Origin: Alkalispirochaeta sp.
GTDB lineage: Bacteria > Spirochaetota > Spirochaetia > DSM-27196 > Alkalispirochaetaceae
Direction: 5' to 3'
Assembly (NCBI GenBank): GCA_965601925.1
Contig: OZ271854.1
Coordinates: 2,368,001 to 2,432,000, forward strand
Length of the DNA: 64,000 nt
Positions 55,872-64,000 of the stretch are shown here, piece after piece. How positions within the stretch are numbered: position 1 is the stretch's first letter; each line of letters starts with the position of its first letter. Below the pieces are notes generated by a model. The model was not told where the DNA came from, searched no databases, and saw only the letters and a program-made list of their open reading frames with translations. Position numbers and translations under genes: made by a program.

Positions 55872-57326
55872 TCATCTCGGACTCACGGGAGTACATCCCG
55901 GTAAGTATAGGGTGCTTTCCGACATTTTTTTGCTGCGGTTCTTCAATATCAGAAATAGAGCGTTAACCATACTTTCGCGCTGATACGCGTCTTCGATTTG
56001 CATTATTTTCAGAAAATTTTCATTGCTGAAGTTGTACTTAAATGTGAACATTTTCGTGAGAGTTCGGAGCTCTGATGCTGTCAAGTTCTTTAACCGTAGT
56101 ATCTGGTGCCGATAGTCCCAGTTGGAAAAGTCATGTTCCAGGATGTCGTCCGGTTCGATCTTTTTCCCGTCGGCGGTCCACGGGAATGGTGTAACGTGGT
56201 AGAAGTGTAGGAGGTCCGGTGCCCACTGACGCAATCGCTCAAAGGTAATGGAAAGCGTCTCTGTCGACTCGTCCGGGAAGCCCACCAAAGTCTGAACGAT
56301 GCTGAGGATACCATGCTCTCGAAGCAGTCGAATCGCTTCGGCGTTCTGTTGGAGAGACGTCTGCTTGTTGATGCTATCCAACCGGGATTGAATAGCCGAC
56401 TCGGCGCCTAAGTCGACTGTTACGATACCCGCCTCACGATACAGAGTGAGACGATCCTTATCTCGAATAATGTCGGCAGATCGGAGATTCAAGACGATAT
56501 GAATACCCATGTCTCGCGCTCGAAGTTCTTCGAGCAGTCGGTACCAAACCTGGGAACTGCTCTGCGGGTTCTCGTCAGCTAAGAAGAAATAGGTTACGCC
56601 GTACCGCTCTCTGAGCATCTGCAGTTCGTTTACAAAGGTTGTGACGTCGCGATGCCGCCAGCGAGCCCAAAAATCCCACTGGCCGCAAAACGTGCAACTG
56701 AACGGACACCCTCGCGAAAACTGCACGACCGCGGCCCGCTCCCCGGTCATCGGCACGACGTATCGAGACCAGTCGGAGACAAGTTCCCACGCCGGTCTGT
56801 GAAGGTTTAACCGGTCTTGCGGTATGGCCGGACGAAGGTCATTAACGACTAACTCGTTACCACGACGCCAAACCAAGCCTTTTATCGTCAGTAGATCTGT
56901 GCCAAGGGAGAGGGCCTTCACAAGCTCAAGACATAACTCCTCACCTTCACCGCGACCCACAAAATCGATGGCAGTGTCGTCACCCATAATCGATTCGAAC
57001 ATATACGAAGCGTGAACACCACCGGTCATGATCAGTACATTGGGATCGAGACTCTTTATTCTTCGCGCAATGTCCAGGGTTGTCGGTGTTCCCGCTGTGG
57101 AGGCCATTGAACTGAGTAGCACGAGGTCAAAGCCACTCTTAGAAACGACGTCGGCCGTCGTATGCGTATCCATGTTTTCGATAGTCGCGTCGATAAGAGA
57201 TACATCACGGTAGCCCGCATCTATGAGCGGTCCGGCGATGCACAGCAAACCATAAGGCGGCATGTAGCCCACCAGTGTCTCCGGGCCTTCAGAACGCACA
57301 TTAATATTGACGAGCGCGACCTTCAT
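55872..57326 (-). CDS. cobalamin-binding radical SAM enzyme, BchE-like clade
   Basis: PPYGL..IAG, GG.HAS and RGEGE (B12 domain); SRGCPFSCTFCGQW.FW, ADENP, G.ES and TPFPWT; ATG at 57326 after GGAGGG. Confidence 0.88.
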   Translation of the reverse strand: MKVALVNINVRSEGPETLVGYMPPYGLLCIAGPLIDAGYRDVSLIDATIENMDTHTTADVVSKSGFDLVLLSSMASTAGTPTTLDIARRIKSLDPNVLIMTGGVHASYMFESIMGDDTAIDFVGRGEGEELCLELVKALSLGTDLLTIKGLVWRRGNELVVNDLRPAIPQDRLNLHRPAWELVSDWSRYVVPMTGERAAVVQFSRGCPFSCTFCGQWDFWARWRHRDVTTFVNELQMLRERYGVTYFFLADENPQSSSQVWYRLLEELRARDMGIHIVLNLRSADIIRDKDRLTLYREAGIVTVDLGAESAIQSRLDSINKQTSLQQNAEAIRLLREHGILSIVQTLVGFPDESTETLSITFERLRQWAPDLLHFYHVTPFPWTADGKKIEPDDILEHDFSNWDYRHQILRLKNLTASELRTLTKMFTFKYNFSNENFLKIMQIEDAYQRESMVNALFLILKNRSKKMSESTLYLPGCTPVSPR

Positions 57327-57829
57327 ATCACTTCCCTCCAAAGCGCCTTGAGTTCAGCGCATGGGCGGCAGACTCAGCCAGATTTGAGCGATACAACGTA
57401 CGCATATTAATTATAAATATTTTTGAGACAAAAAAAGAAATAAAAATTATGTAAAATTTTATCAGCACGGGTTTGTGTCACCACGGCATTTACCGAGGTG
57501 TTACGGATCGGTTCTCGTTCGTTTTTATAAGGCGGCGAGCTCATTTCGAAGTATTTTTAGCCGCTACCGTGATAGTCGATGCGCGGCTTCCGATTCGCTT
57601 TTTGACTATGCGCCTGGAGCAACACAGAGAGATCCGGACTTACCCCTCGATCGGTACGTGGATCGTGCCGGTGTCCGGCCCAACGAATTCGGTTTGGCGT
57701 CCGGTAGTCGGTGATGCGTACAGCACACGCTATATTCCGCGGATTATCAAAGTGAAGGTACACCGTTCCGGTCTGAGAACGTGAGCGCGATCACATCCGA
57801 CAAGAAGAAGCAACACTCAAAGGACGCGC

Positions 57830-60094
57830 TTACCCGTGGCGTTGTGCGTCCAACACCGCGACGGCGGTCATTTGCAGAATCTCCCGCGCTTCGGCACCCA
57901 TTTGCAGAATGTGTACTGGGCTACGCATCCCCGAGAGGATAGGCCCCAGTAGTTCGCCGCCGCCCATCCGACCGAGCAGCTTATAGGCGATGTTGCCCGA
58001 AGAGAGGTTGGGAAAGATCAAGGTATTGACGCGCTTCCCCACCAACCGACTAAACGGATACGTCCGTTCCAGGAGCTCGGGGTCGAGCGCAATGTTAGCT
58101 TGGATCTCGCCGTCGATCGTCACGTCAGGAAAGCGCTTCCGGGCGAGGCGCGCGACCTCGGCCATGCGCGTCGCTTGTTCTCCCGGCGCACTGCCGAAAT
58201 TCGAGTACGATAGAATGGCGACTACGGGCTCCACGTCAAAGTCGCGCACGCGCTGGATCGTCAGGGCGATAATGTCCATGAAGACATCCATGTCGGGGTC
58301 GACGTTGACCGTAGTGTCGGCGAAGAAGTACGTGCCGTGTCGCGTGGTAACGATGTAGAGTCCCGATACGCGATTGACACCAGGCGCAGTCCCGATCATA
58401 TGGAGCGCCGGGCGAATAATCTGTGGATAGGGGCGCGTTCTGCCGCTCACCATCGCGTCGGCCTCCCCCGCATCCACCAGAGCGGCGGCAAAGTAGTTGT
58501 AGTCTTCCATGAGCTTACGCGCCTCGCCGCTGGCAAGCCCGCGACGCTGTCGCCTCCGATAGAGCGTGTCGGCGAAGCGCTCCGCCCGCTCCGATTCCTC
58601 CGCCGGGTCTATGAGGCGTGCGTCTTTGAGAACGTGTAGACCGTGGCGAGCGATAGACGCTCCGATTTGGTCCAATGGTCCGAGAAGCACCGGGCGCGCG
58701 ATACCTTGAGACGCCGCCATTGCCGCGGCCTTTAGTACCTCGTAGTCGAAAGCCTCGGGAAACACTACCGTGCGAGGATCGCGCCTGGCGCGACCGATCG
58801 TCCCGGTTATGAGCTTCTGACCCATACCGACGCGTTCCAACAGGTGCGCCTCATAGTCCGGCCAGTCGGCGATCGTACGTCGCGCAACGCCGGTGTCGAT
58901 CGCCGCCTTGGCCACTGCCGGCGCGATCGTCGTGATCAATCGGGGATCCAACGGCTTGGGAAGTATGTAGTCGGGGCCGAACTGAAACGCCTTTTGGTCA
59001 TATACGCGTCGTACCGCTTCGGGAATCGGCTCGCGGGCGAGGGACGCGATTGCTCGGGCCGCCGCAATTTTCATCTCGTCGTTGATCTCCCGCGCGCCGA
59101 CGTCAAGCGCACCTCGGAAGATGTAGGGAAATCCAAGTACGTTGTTGACTTGGTTGGGGGTGTCGCTGCGCCCCGTCGCTATCACCGCGTCCGGGCGCTC
59201 GGCGCGCGCCCGTTCGGGGTCGATTTCGGGATCGGGGTTAGCGAGGGCAAAGACGATCGGGCTGTCGGCCATCCTCGAGAGTTGGTCCGCCGTCACGATG
59301 TTTCCCACCGATAGACCCAGGAGCATGTCGGCGCCGTCGAGAGCCTCCTCGAGACGCTCTATCGGTCGATCGGTGGCAAACTCCATGGCAGGATCGGTCG
59401 AATCGCGGCCGGGATCGTCGCGGCGGATTGCGCCGTCCTTGTCGAACATCACGATGCGTGTGCGATCGGCCCCGAGTGCGACAAAAAAACGGGTGCACGC
59501 CAACGCCGCCGCTCCCGCACCCAGCACGACGATGCGTGTACGCGAGATCTCGCGTCCGGTTATTGCGCAGGCGTTGAGGAGCGCCGCTCCCGTGATGATT
59601 GCCGTGCCGTGTTGGTCGTCGTGCATAACCGGGATCGCCATGCGATCCTTGAGGCGGCGTTCGATCTCGAAGCACTCCGGAGAGCAGATATCTTCCAGGT
59701 TGATACCGCCGAACGTCGGTTCCAGCGCGGCCACCGCATCTACGAATTGATCGACACTTTCCCGGCGTAGCTCGATGTCGACGCTGTCCACGCCGGCAAA
59801 ACGTTTAAAGAGGACCGACTTTCCCTCCATGACGGGCTTTGCCGCCTCGGGACCGATGTTTCCCAGCCCCAGTACCGCGCTACCGTCGGTGACGACCGCC
59901 ACCATATTGCCGCGCGCCGTGTACTCGAAGCTCGCATCGGGGTCCGCCGCGATCTCGCGACACGGTTCGGCCACGCCGGGAGAGTAGGCGAGTGAGAGAT
60001 CGTACTGCGTGGTGAGCGGCTTGGTCGCCGCTACTTCGATCTTGCCCGGGCGTCCCGAGCGGTGGTACTCCAGAGCCTCGTCGCGAAGACCCAT
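57830..60094 (-). CDS. maeB: NADP-dependent malic enzyme with phosphotransacetylase-like domain
   Basis: [46 protein letters not shown] and FPNL.SGNI.YK motifs. Confidence 0.96.
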   Translation of the reverse strand: MGLRDEALEYHRSGRPGKIEVAATKPLTTQYDLSLAYSPGVAEPCREIAADPDASFEYTARGNMVAVVTDGSAVLGLGNIGPEAAKPVMEGKSVLFKRFAGVDSVDIELRRESVDQFVDAVAALEPTFGGINLEDICSPECFEIERRLKDRMAIPVMHDDQHGTAIITGAALLNACAITGREISRTRIVVLGAGAAALACTRFFVALGADRTRIVMFDKDGAIRRDDPGRDSTDPAMEFATDRPIERLEEALDGADMLLGLSVGNIVTADQLSRMADSPIVFALANPDPEIDPERARAERPDAVIATGRSDTPNQVNNVLGFPYIFRGALDVGAREINDEMKIAAARAIASLAREPIPEAVRRVYDQKAFQFGPDYILPKPLDPRLITTIAPAVAKAAIDTGVARRTIADWPDYEAHLLERVGMGQKLITGTIGRARRDPRTVVFPEAFDYEVLKAAAMAASQGIARPVLLGPLDQIGASIARHGLHVLKDARLIDPAEESERAERFADTLYRRRQRRGLASGEARKLMEDYNYFAAALVDAGEADAMVSGRTRPYPQIIRPALHMIGTAPGVNRVSGLYIVTTRHGTYFFADTTVNVDPDMDVFMDIIALTIQRVRDFDVEPVVAILSYSNFGSAPGEQATRMAEVARLARKRFPDVTIDGEIQANIALDPELLERTYPFSRLVGKRVNTLIFPNLSSGNIAYKLLGRMGGGELLGPILSGMRSPVHILQMGAEAREILQMTAVAVLDAQRHG

Positions 60095-60870
60095 TATCGC
60101 ACCTCAAAGCGCGCGCGTACTCCCGCCTCTACGAACTGCGTGCCCGGCAGCATACGCGCGCCGCTGGCGTCGAACTCCATCATAGAGGTAAACGGTCCCC
60201 CCGACGAACGGCCCCACTGCTCCTCGAGCGCCAACAGACGGCCTACCGACAACCCGTCGGCGGCGACGGTACGCTCCGCTTTGGCGCGCGCGGCACTCGC
60301 GGCCGCCTCCAGCGCCCGTTGATACAACTCGTCGGTGTTGCGTGGTTCCAACTGCATCGTCTGCACGTCGGTTGCGCCGTTGGTGACCGCCAAGTCGACG
60401 ATCTCCCCGACCTCGGCCGGATCGCTGATCACGGTGCGGAGCCACGTCCGGGCGCGAAATATCACCGGAGCCTCTTCGGTACCGGCGCCGGTCGAAATGC
60501 CGGTTGCTGCGAGACGATCAAAACGCGGATCGCCCGGAAAAATCTGTTCTCGAAATACGAAGAAACCGCCGGTGGTCATCTCTGACTCCGCTATGCCGAA
60601 CTCAAGCAGTGCATCGATGAGGGCATCCATCACTATTTGATTTTCCGAGACCGCCTCCGACGCCTCTATGCCGGTCGTCTCGACGGCGAGTTCAACCTGG
60701 GCGCTGAACTCGCGGGCCGGCACGGCGGCCGTGGCCGTGACTTCGATATACGACGTCTCTCGGCCGCCCGACGCGAATACTCCGGCCGTATTCGCCGTCG
60801 CCAATGCGATCGCTATAGCGAAAACGACCAGTAGGGGCGTGTGCGAGTTTTGTCGTTTTGGTTTTCTCAT
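60094..60870 (-). CDS. SIMPL (DUF541) domain protein
   Basis: Signal peptide; IEV.A.A, A..A...N, VG.IVD.AV..GA and AL..A...AR.KA motifs. Confidence 0.8.
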   Translation of the reverse strand: MRKPKRQNSHTPLLVVFAIAIALATANTAGVFASGGRETSYIEVTATAAVPAREFSAQVELAVETTGIEASEAVSENQIVMDALIDALLEFGIAESEMTTGGFFVFREQIFPGDPRFDRLAATGISTGAGTEEAPVIFRARTWLRTVISDPAEVGEIVDLAVTNGATDVQTMQLEPRNTDELYQRALEAAASAARAKAERTVAADGLSVGRLLALEEQWGRSSGGPFTSMMEFDASGARMLPGTQFVEAGVRARFEVR

Positions 60871-60966
60871 ATCGGATATGTAACACATAGCCGATGAGAT
60901 GGCAAATCACGGTGCGAGCGGCAAAGGAGCCGCCCTGCCGTCTAACGGATACCGAGAGAACGCCGT

Positions 60967-61242
60967 CTAACGCTCTCCGGTCTTTTTGATGATGTGATAT
61001 CCGAACTGCGTCTTAACGAGACGCGATGTCTGTCCGTTGCGCAGCTTAACGACCGCCTCTTCGAACGGTTTTACCATCTTGCCGGGACCGAACCAACCGA
61101 GGTCGCCGCCCTTCGACTTACTCGGACAGGTGGAAAACTCCTTGGCTAAGGCGTCGAAACGCCCACCGCTTTTCAGACGTTTGAGCACCTGCTCGGCGCG
61201 TCCCTTTTCCTTCACCAGAATGTGGCTTGCTCTCCATTCCAT
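60967..61242 (-). CDS. ppiC: parvulin peptidyl-prolyl isomerase
   Basis: ASHILV, F..LAKE.STCPS...GGDLG.F..G.MV.PFE and KTQFGYHII motifs. Confidence 0.95.
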   Translation of the reverse strand: MEWRASHILVKEKGRAEQVLKRLKSGGRFDALAKEFSTCPSKSKGGDLGWFGPGKMVKPFEEAVVKLRNGQTSRLVKTQFGYHIIKKTGER

Positions 61243-61293
61243 GGAAAGCACTATAGCGCTCTTTTTCGACTCTGAGGAGCGTCCGACCGCCGA

Positions 61294-61674
61294 TTATCGT
61301 TGTTTGTTGTACTCCGTGATTTTTTCGGTAATGAGTTGCAGGAGGTGTGCGTCCAGTTCGCCGCGCTCACGATTCAAACGACTCAGAACGTCTTCCGGCA
61401 CACTTCCCGCGTCACCGTGGAGAACGGCGGTCGCCATGGAGGCGATACCGCGGCCGTCGACCCGGTCGGAGACGTAGTGGTTACTCCGCCTGTCGCGTTG
61501 CCATGTGAAGGCGCGCTCGTCGACGTGGCGATCGTAGCATAGCTGAAAGCCCGTTAGCTCCCCGCGGATCGATTCATACCATAAGATAAGGTCGAAGTAC
61601 TCGTTGACGAACCAGCGTCTGTAACCCTCGTCGGGCCGTTGGCGGACATCTCGGTTCTCGGAAAGGGCGCTCAT
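61294..61674 (-). CDS. hypothetical protein
   Basis: Protein-like composition (RRWF...FDL..W, GFQLCYD, FTW); fills the gap between flanking genes; upstream -10 box. Confidence 0.7.
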   Translation of the reverse strand: MSALSENRDVRQRPDEGYRRWFVNEYFDLILWYESIRGELTGFQLCYDRHVDERAFTWQRDRRSNHYVSDRVDGRGIASMATAVLHGDAGSVPEDVLSRLNRERGELDAHLLQLITEKITEYNKQR

Positions 61675-61785
61675 GTTTCAAAGTGTACCCCGGCGTCCGT
61701 CGGTGTTCCAGAGGGGGAGGATGCGGCACCGCTCCATTGACGGCCGTCTCGATCGTTCATAGGATGAAATGGGGGTACCAAAGAG

Positions 61786-62793
61786 ATGGAATATCGATAT
61801 CTCGGACGCAGCGGCCTTAAGGTGAGCGAACTATGCCTCGGGGCCATGACATTTGGACGGGAAACCGACGAAGCTGAATCGCGGCGAATCCTCGACACCT
61901 TCATTGACGCCGGGGGAATGTTCATCGATACGGCCAACGGTTACTCCCGCGGCCGTTCCGAGGAGATCCTTGGGAGGTGGTTGGCGGACCGGCGACGTGA
62001 CGACCTGGTAGTAGCCACCAAGGTTCGCTTTCCCATGGGAGACGGTCCCAACGATACCGGACTCAGTCGCAAACACATCATGCAGTCGGTGGACGACTCT
62101 CTCCGTCGCTTAGGCCTCGATTACATCGACCTGTATCAAGTGCATTGCTGGGACGCCGGTACCGAACTTGAAGAGTATCTGAGAACGCTCGACGACTTGG
62201 TGCGTAGCGGCAAAGTGCGACACATCGGCGCGAGCAACTTTACCGGATGGCAGCTGCAGAAGGCGTTGGACTACCAGCGTCGATACGGGCTTGAGCCGTT
62301 TCGGAGCCTACAACCGCAGTACAACCTGCTTGCGCGGGGTATCGAATGGGAAGTCTTGTCGGTTGCGCGCAATGAAGGGCTCGGCGTCATACCGTGGAGC
62401 CCCCTAAAAGGCGGATGGCTGAGCGGTCGCTATCATCGCGGAATGCAGGCGCCGCCCGCCGGGAGCCGCGTAGAGGAGGCCGCCAAGCAAGGTTGGTCCG
62501 AGCAGTGGAGTAATATGGACAAGGAGTCGACCTGGCGCGTGGTGGACGCGCTTCATGCGGCGGCGGATCGCTCCGGCAAGCATCCGGTGCAAATAGCGTT
62601 GCGTTGGGTCTTGGAACGGTCCGGTGTAACCTCACCGATCGTCGGAGTCCGCACCGTGGAGCACCTTAGCACGGCCCTGGGAGCGACCGGATGGACGCTG
62701 GACGATGAGCTTCGTGCCGATCTCGATGAGGCGAGCCGGCCGGAAGACGTCTATCCGTATGACTTCATACTTCGTGCGCAGGAGGGACGATAG
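61786..62793 (+). CDS. aldo/keto reductase
   Basis: [36 protein letters not shown] and WSPL.GG.L motifs. Confidence 0.95.
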   Translation: MEYRYLGRSGLKVSELCLGAMTFGRETDEAESRRILDTFIDAGGMFIDTANGYSRGRSEEILGRWLADRRRDDLVVATKVRFPMGDGPNDTGLSRKHIMQSVDDSLRRLGLDYIDLYQVHCWDAGTELEEYLRTLDDLVRSGKVRHIGASNFTGWQLQKALDYQRRYGLEPFRSLQPQYNLLARGIEWEVLSVARNEGLGVIPWSPLKGGWLSGRYHRGMQAPPAGSRVEEAAKQGWSEQWSNMDKESTWRVVDALHAAADRSGKHPVQIALRWVLERSGVTSPIVGVRTVEHLSTALGATGWTLDDELRADLDEASRPEDVYPYDFILRAQEGR

Positions 62794-62838
62794 GCGCCGA
62801 GTCCGGTCGAGTGATACGTCGGGCGGCGAGGGGCGGCC

Positions 62839-64000
62839 CTATACCGCAGCGAAGATAAGCGCCGATTTGGTACTGCCGAATCCGAATGAGTTGGACAGCG
62901 CAATACGCACCGGTGCCGGTCGCGCGGCGGGCCCGACTAAGTCGATGCCGACACTCGCGGGGTCGGGATGCTCGAGGTTTGCCATACCCGGGACGGTACC
63001 CTCCACGACGGCCAAAATGGAAAAGATCGCCTCGATCGCGCCGGCGGCGCCGAGAGTGTGCCCCGTGGCCGACTTCGTCGAGGAGACCGCCGGGCCGCGG
63101 TCGGCTCCGAACACCGCGCGTATCGCGGCCAGTTCCCCGGCGTCGCCGACGGGGGTGCTCGTGGCGTGGGCGTTGAGATAGTCGATATCCGCCGGTTCGA
63201 TAGACGCCGACCGGAGTGCATTCTTGAGGGTGAGCTGCTCTCCCAACCCGTCGGGATGGCTCGCCGACACGTGATACGCGTCGCTTTGGGAGGCGAATCC
63301 TATGAGGCGTGCGTACATATGCGCTCCCCGAGCGCGGGCGTGGTCCTCCGATTCCAGGACGAGGGCCGCACCTCCTTCGGCCACGACAAACCCGTCGCGA
63401 TCGCGGTCGAACGGACGCGAAGCGTGCGTCGGCCGGTCGTTGAAGGCGCTGCTCAGGGCTCGCATGCGGTCGAAACCGGCCATCGCAAGGGGATGGACGA
63501 CCGCGTCGGCGCCGCCGGCAACCATGACATCCGCCTCGTCCAGCGCAATGATACGAGCCGCGTTGATGATCGCCTCCGATCCGGTGGAGCACGCACTTAC
63601 GACACCGTAGTTGGGGCCTTGGAACCCGTTGGTGATTGCGATCTGCCCGGCCGCGAGGTTAATCAGCTGCGCGCTGATAAAGAACGGTGAGATCGAACGG
63701 GCGCCCTGTCGAGCGTGGTCGAGCGCACCGTCGACGAGCGTATGAAAGCCGCCGATTCCCGAGCCCATGACGACGCCGGTTCGCTCCCGTTCTTCGCTCG
63801 CCTCGGGCGACCATCGGGCGTCGGCCAGCGCCTCACCGGCGGCGTAGAGCCCGAAGTGGATGAATGGATCGTTTCTCCGCGCCTCCTTGGCGCTCAAGAG
63901 ATTGGGAAAATCGTCAGTGAGGCGCACCTGTCCGGCGATTTTCGAATTGAGACCGGCGGTGTCGAAGTCCGTAACCCTGCCGATACCCGACGTACCCGAT
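62839..64000 (-). CDS. fabF: beta-ketoacyl-ACP synthase II (5' end outside the window)
   Basis: SACSTG, SRPFD.DRDGFV, NAHATST, KS.TGH.LGAAG and SNSFGFG motifs. Confidence 0.93.
   Translation of the reverse strand, partial: SGTSGIGRVTDFDTAGLNSKIAGQVRLTDDFPNLLSAKEARRNDPFIHFGLYAAGEALADARWSPEASEERERTGVVMGSGIGGFHTLVDGALDHARQGARSISPFFISAQLINLAAGQIAITNGFQGPNYGVVSACSTGSEAIINAARIIALDEADVMVAGGADAVVHPLAMAGFDRMRALSSAFNDRPTHASRPFDRDRDGFVVAEGGAALVLESEDHARARGAHMYARLIGFASQSDAYHVSASHPDGLGEQLTLKNALRSASIEPADIDYLNAHATSTPVGDAGELAAIRAVFGADRGPAVSSTKSATGHTLGAAGAIEAIFSILAVVEGTVPGMANLEHPDPASVGIDLVGPAARPAPVRIALSNSFGFGSTKSALIFAAV

Noticed and set aside
55872..57326. Calling this gene bchE, i.e. evidence of phototrophy
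   Set aside because: No other bacteriochlorophyll genes in the window; BchE-like rSAMs also occur in non-phototrophs
1..64000. CRISPR array, cas genes, transposase, integrase or prophage
   Set aside because: No regularly spaced direct repeats and no ORF with such motifs seen

Overview
High-GC bacterial chromosomal segment, most plausibly from an anaerobic free-living spirochaete. This is an inference from the 'FASGQSE'/'FASGGRE'-type signal peptides and the spirochaete-style MCP. About 55 CDS, one tRNA-Cys, no CRISPR array, no recognisable IS, integrase or prophage. Main blocks: (1) molybdopterin hydroxylase operon with an amidohydrolase, a hot-dog thioesterase and MocA, converging on a TctABC/2-hydroxyacid dehydrogenase operon; (2) hsp20 with a sigma54-type promoter, and ravA-viaA; (3) ndk, oligopeptidase F and tRNA-Cys; (4) TrmB/P1B-4 ATPase/TudS-like/ATC-hydrolase-like divergon and an ArsR-acyl-ACP thioesterase pair; (5) two back-to-back envelope export operons (TetR-MMPL-LolA-like-barrel and GntR-SPFH-ABC-LolA-like-barrel), the second flanked by a reciprocally decayed duplication; (6) trimeric [FeFe]-hydrogenase whose HydB is fused to a GltD/NfnB-like domain; (7) MCP, pncB, ferredoxin and a PEPCK-like DUF4914 protein; (8) a low-GC three-gene islet (BchE-like B12-radical SAM enzyme, PAP2/CTP-dependent lipid kinase fusion, divergent inositol monophosphatase), which is the best candidate for an undescribed system; (9) maeB, SIMPL, parvulin, aldo-keto reductase and partial fabF. 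Many stand-alone genes look leaderless. All family calls are from motif recognition by eye; no database searches were run.
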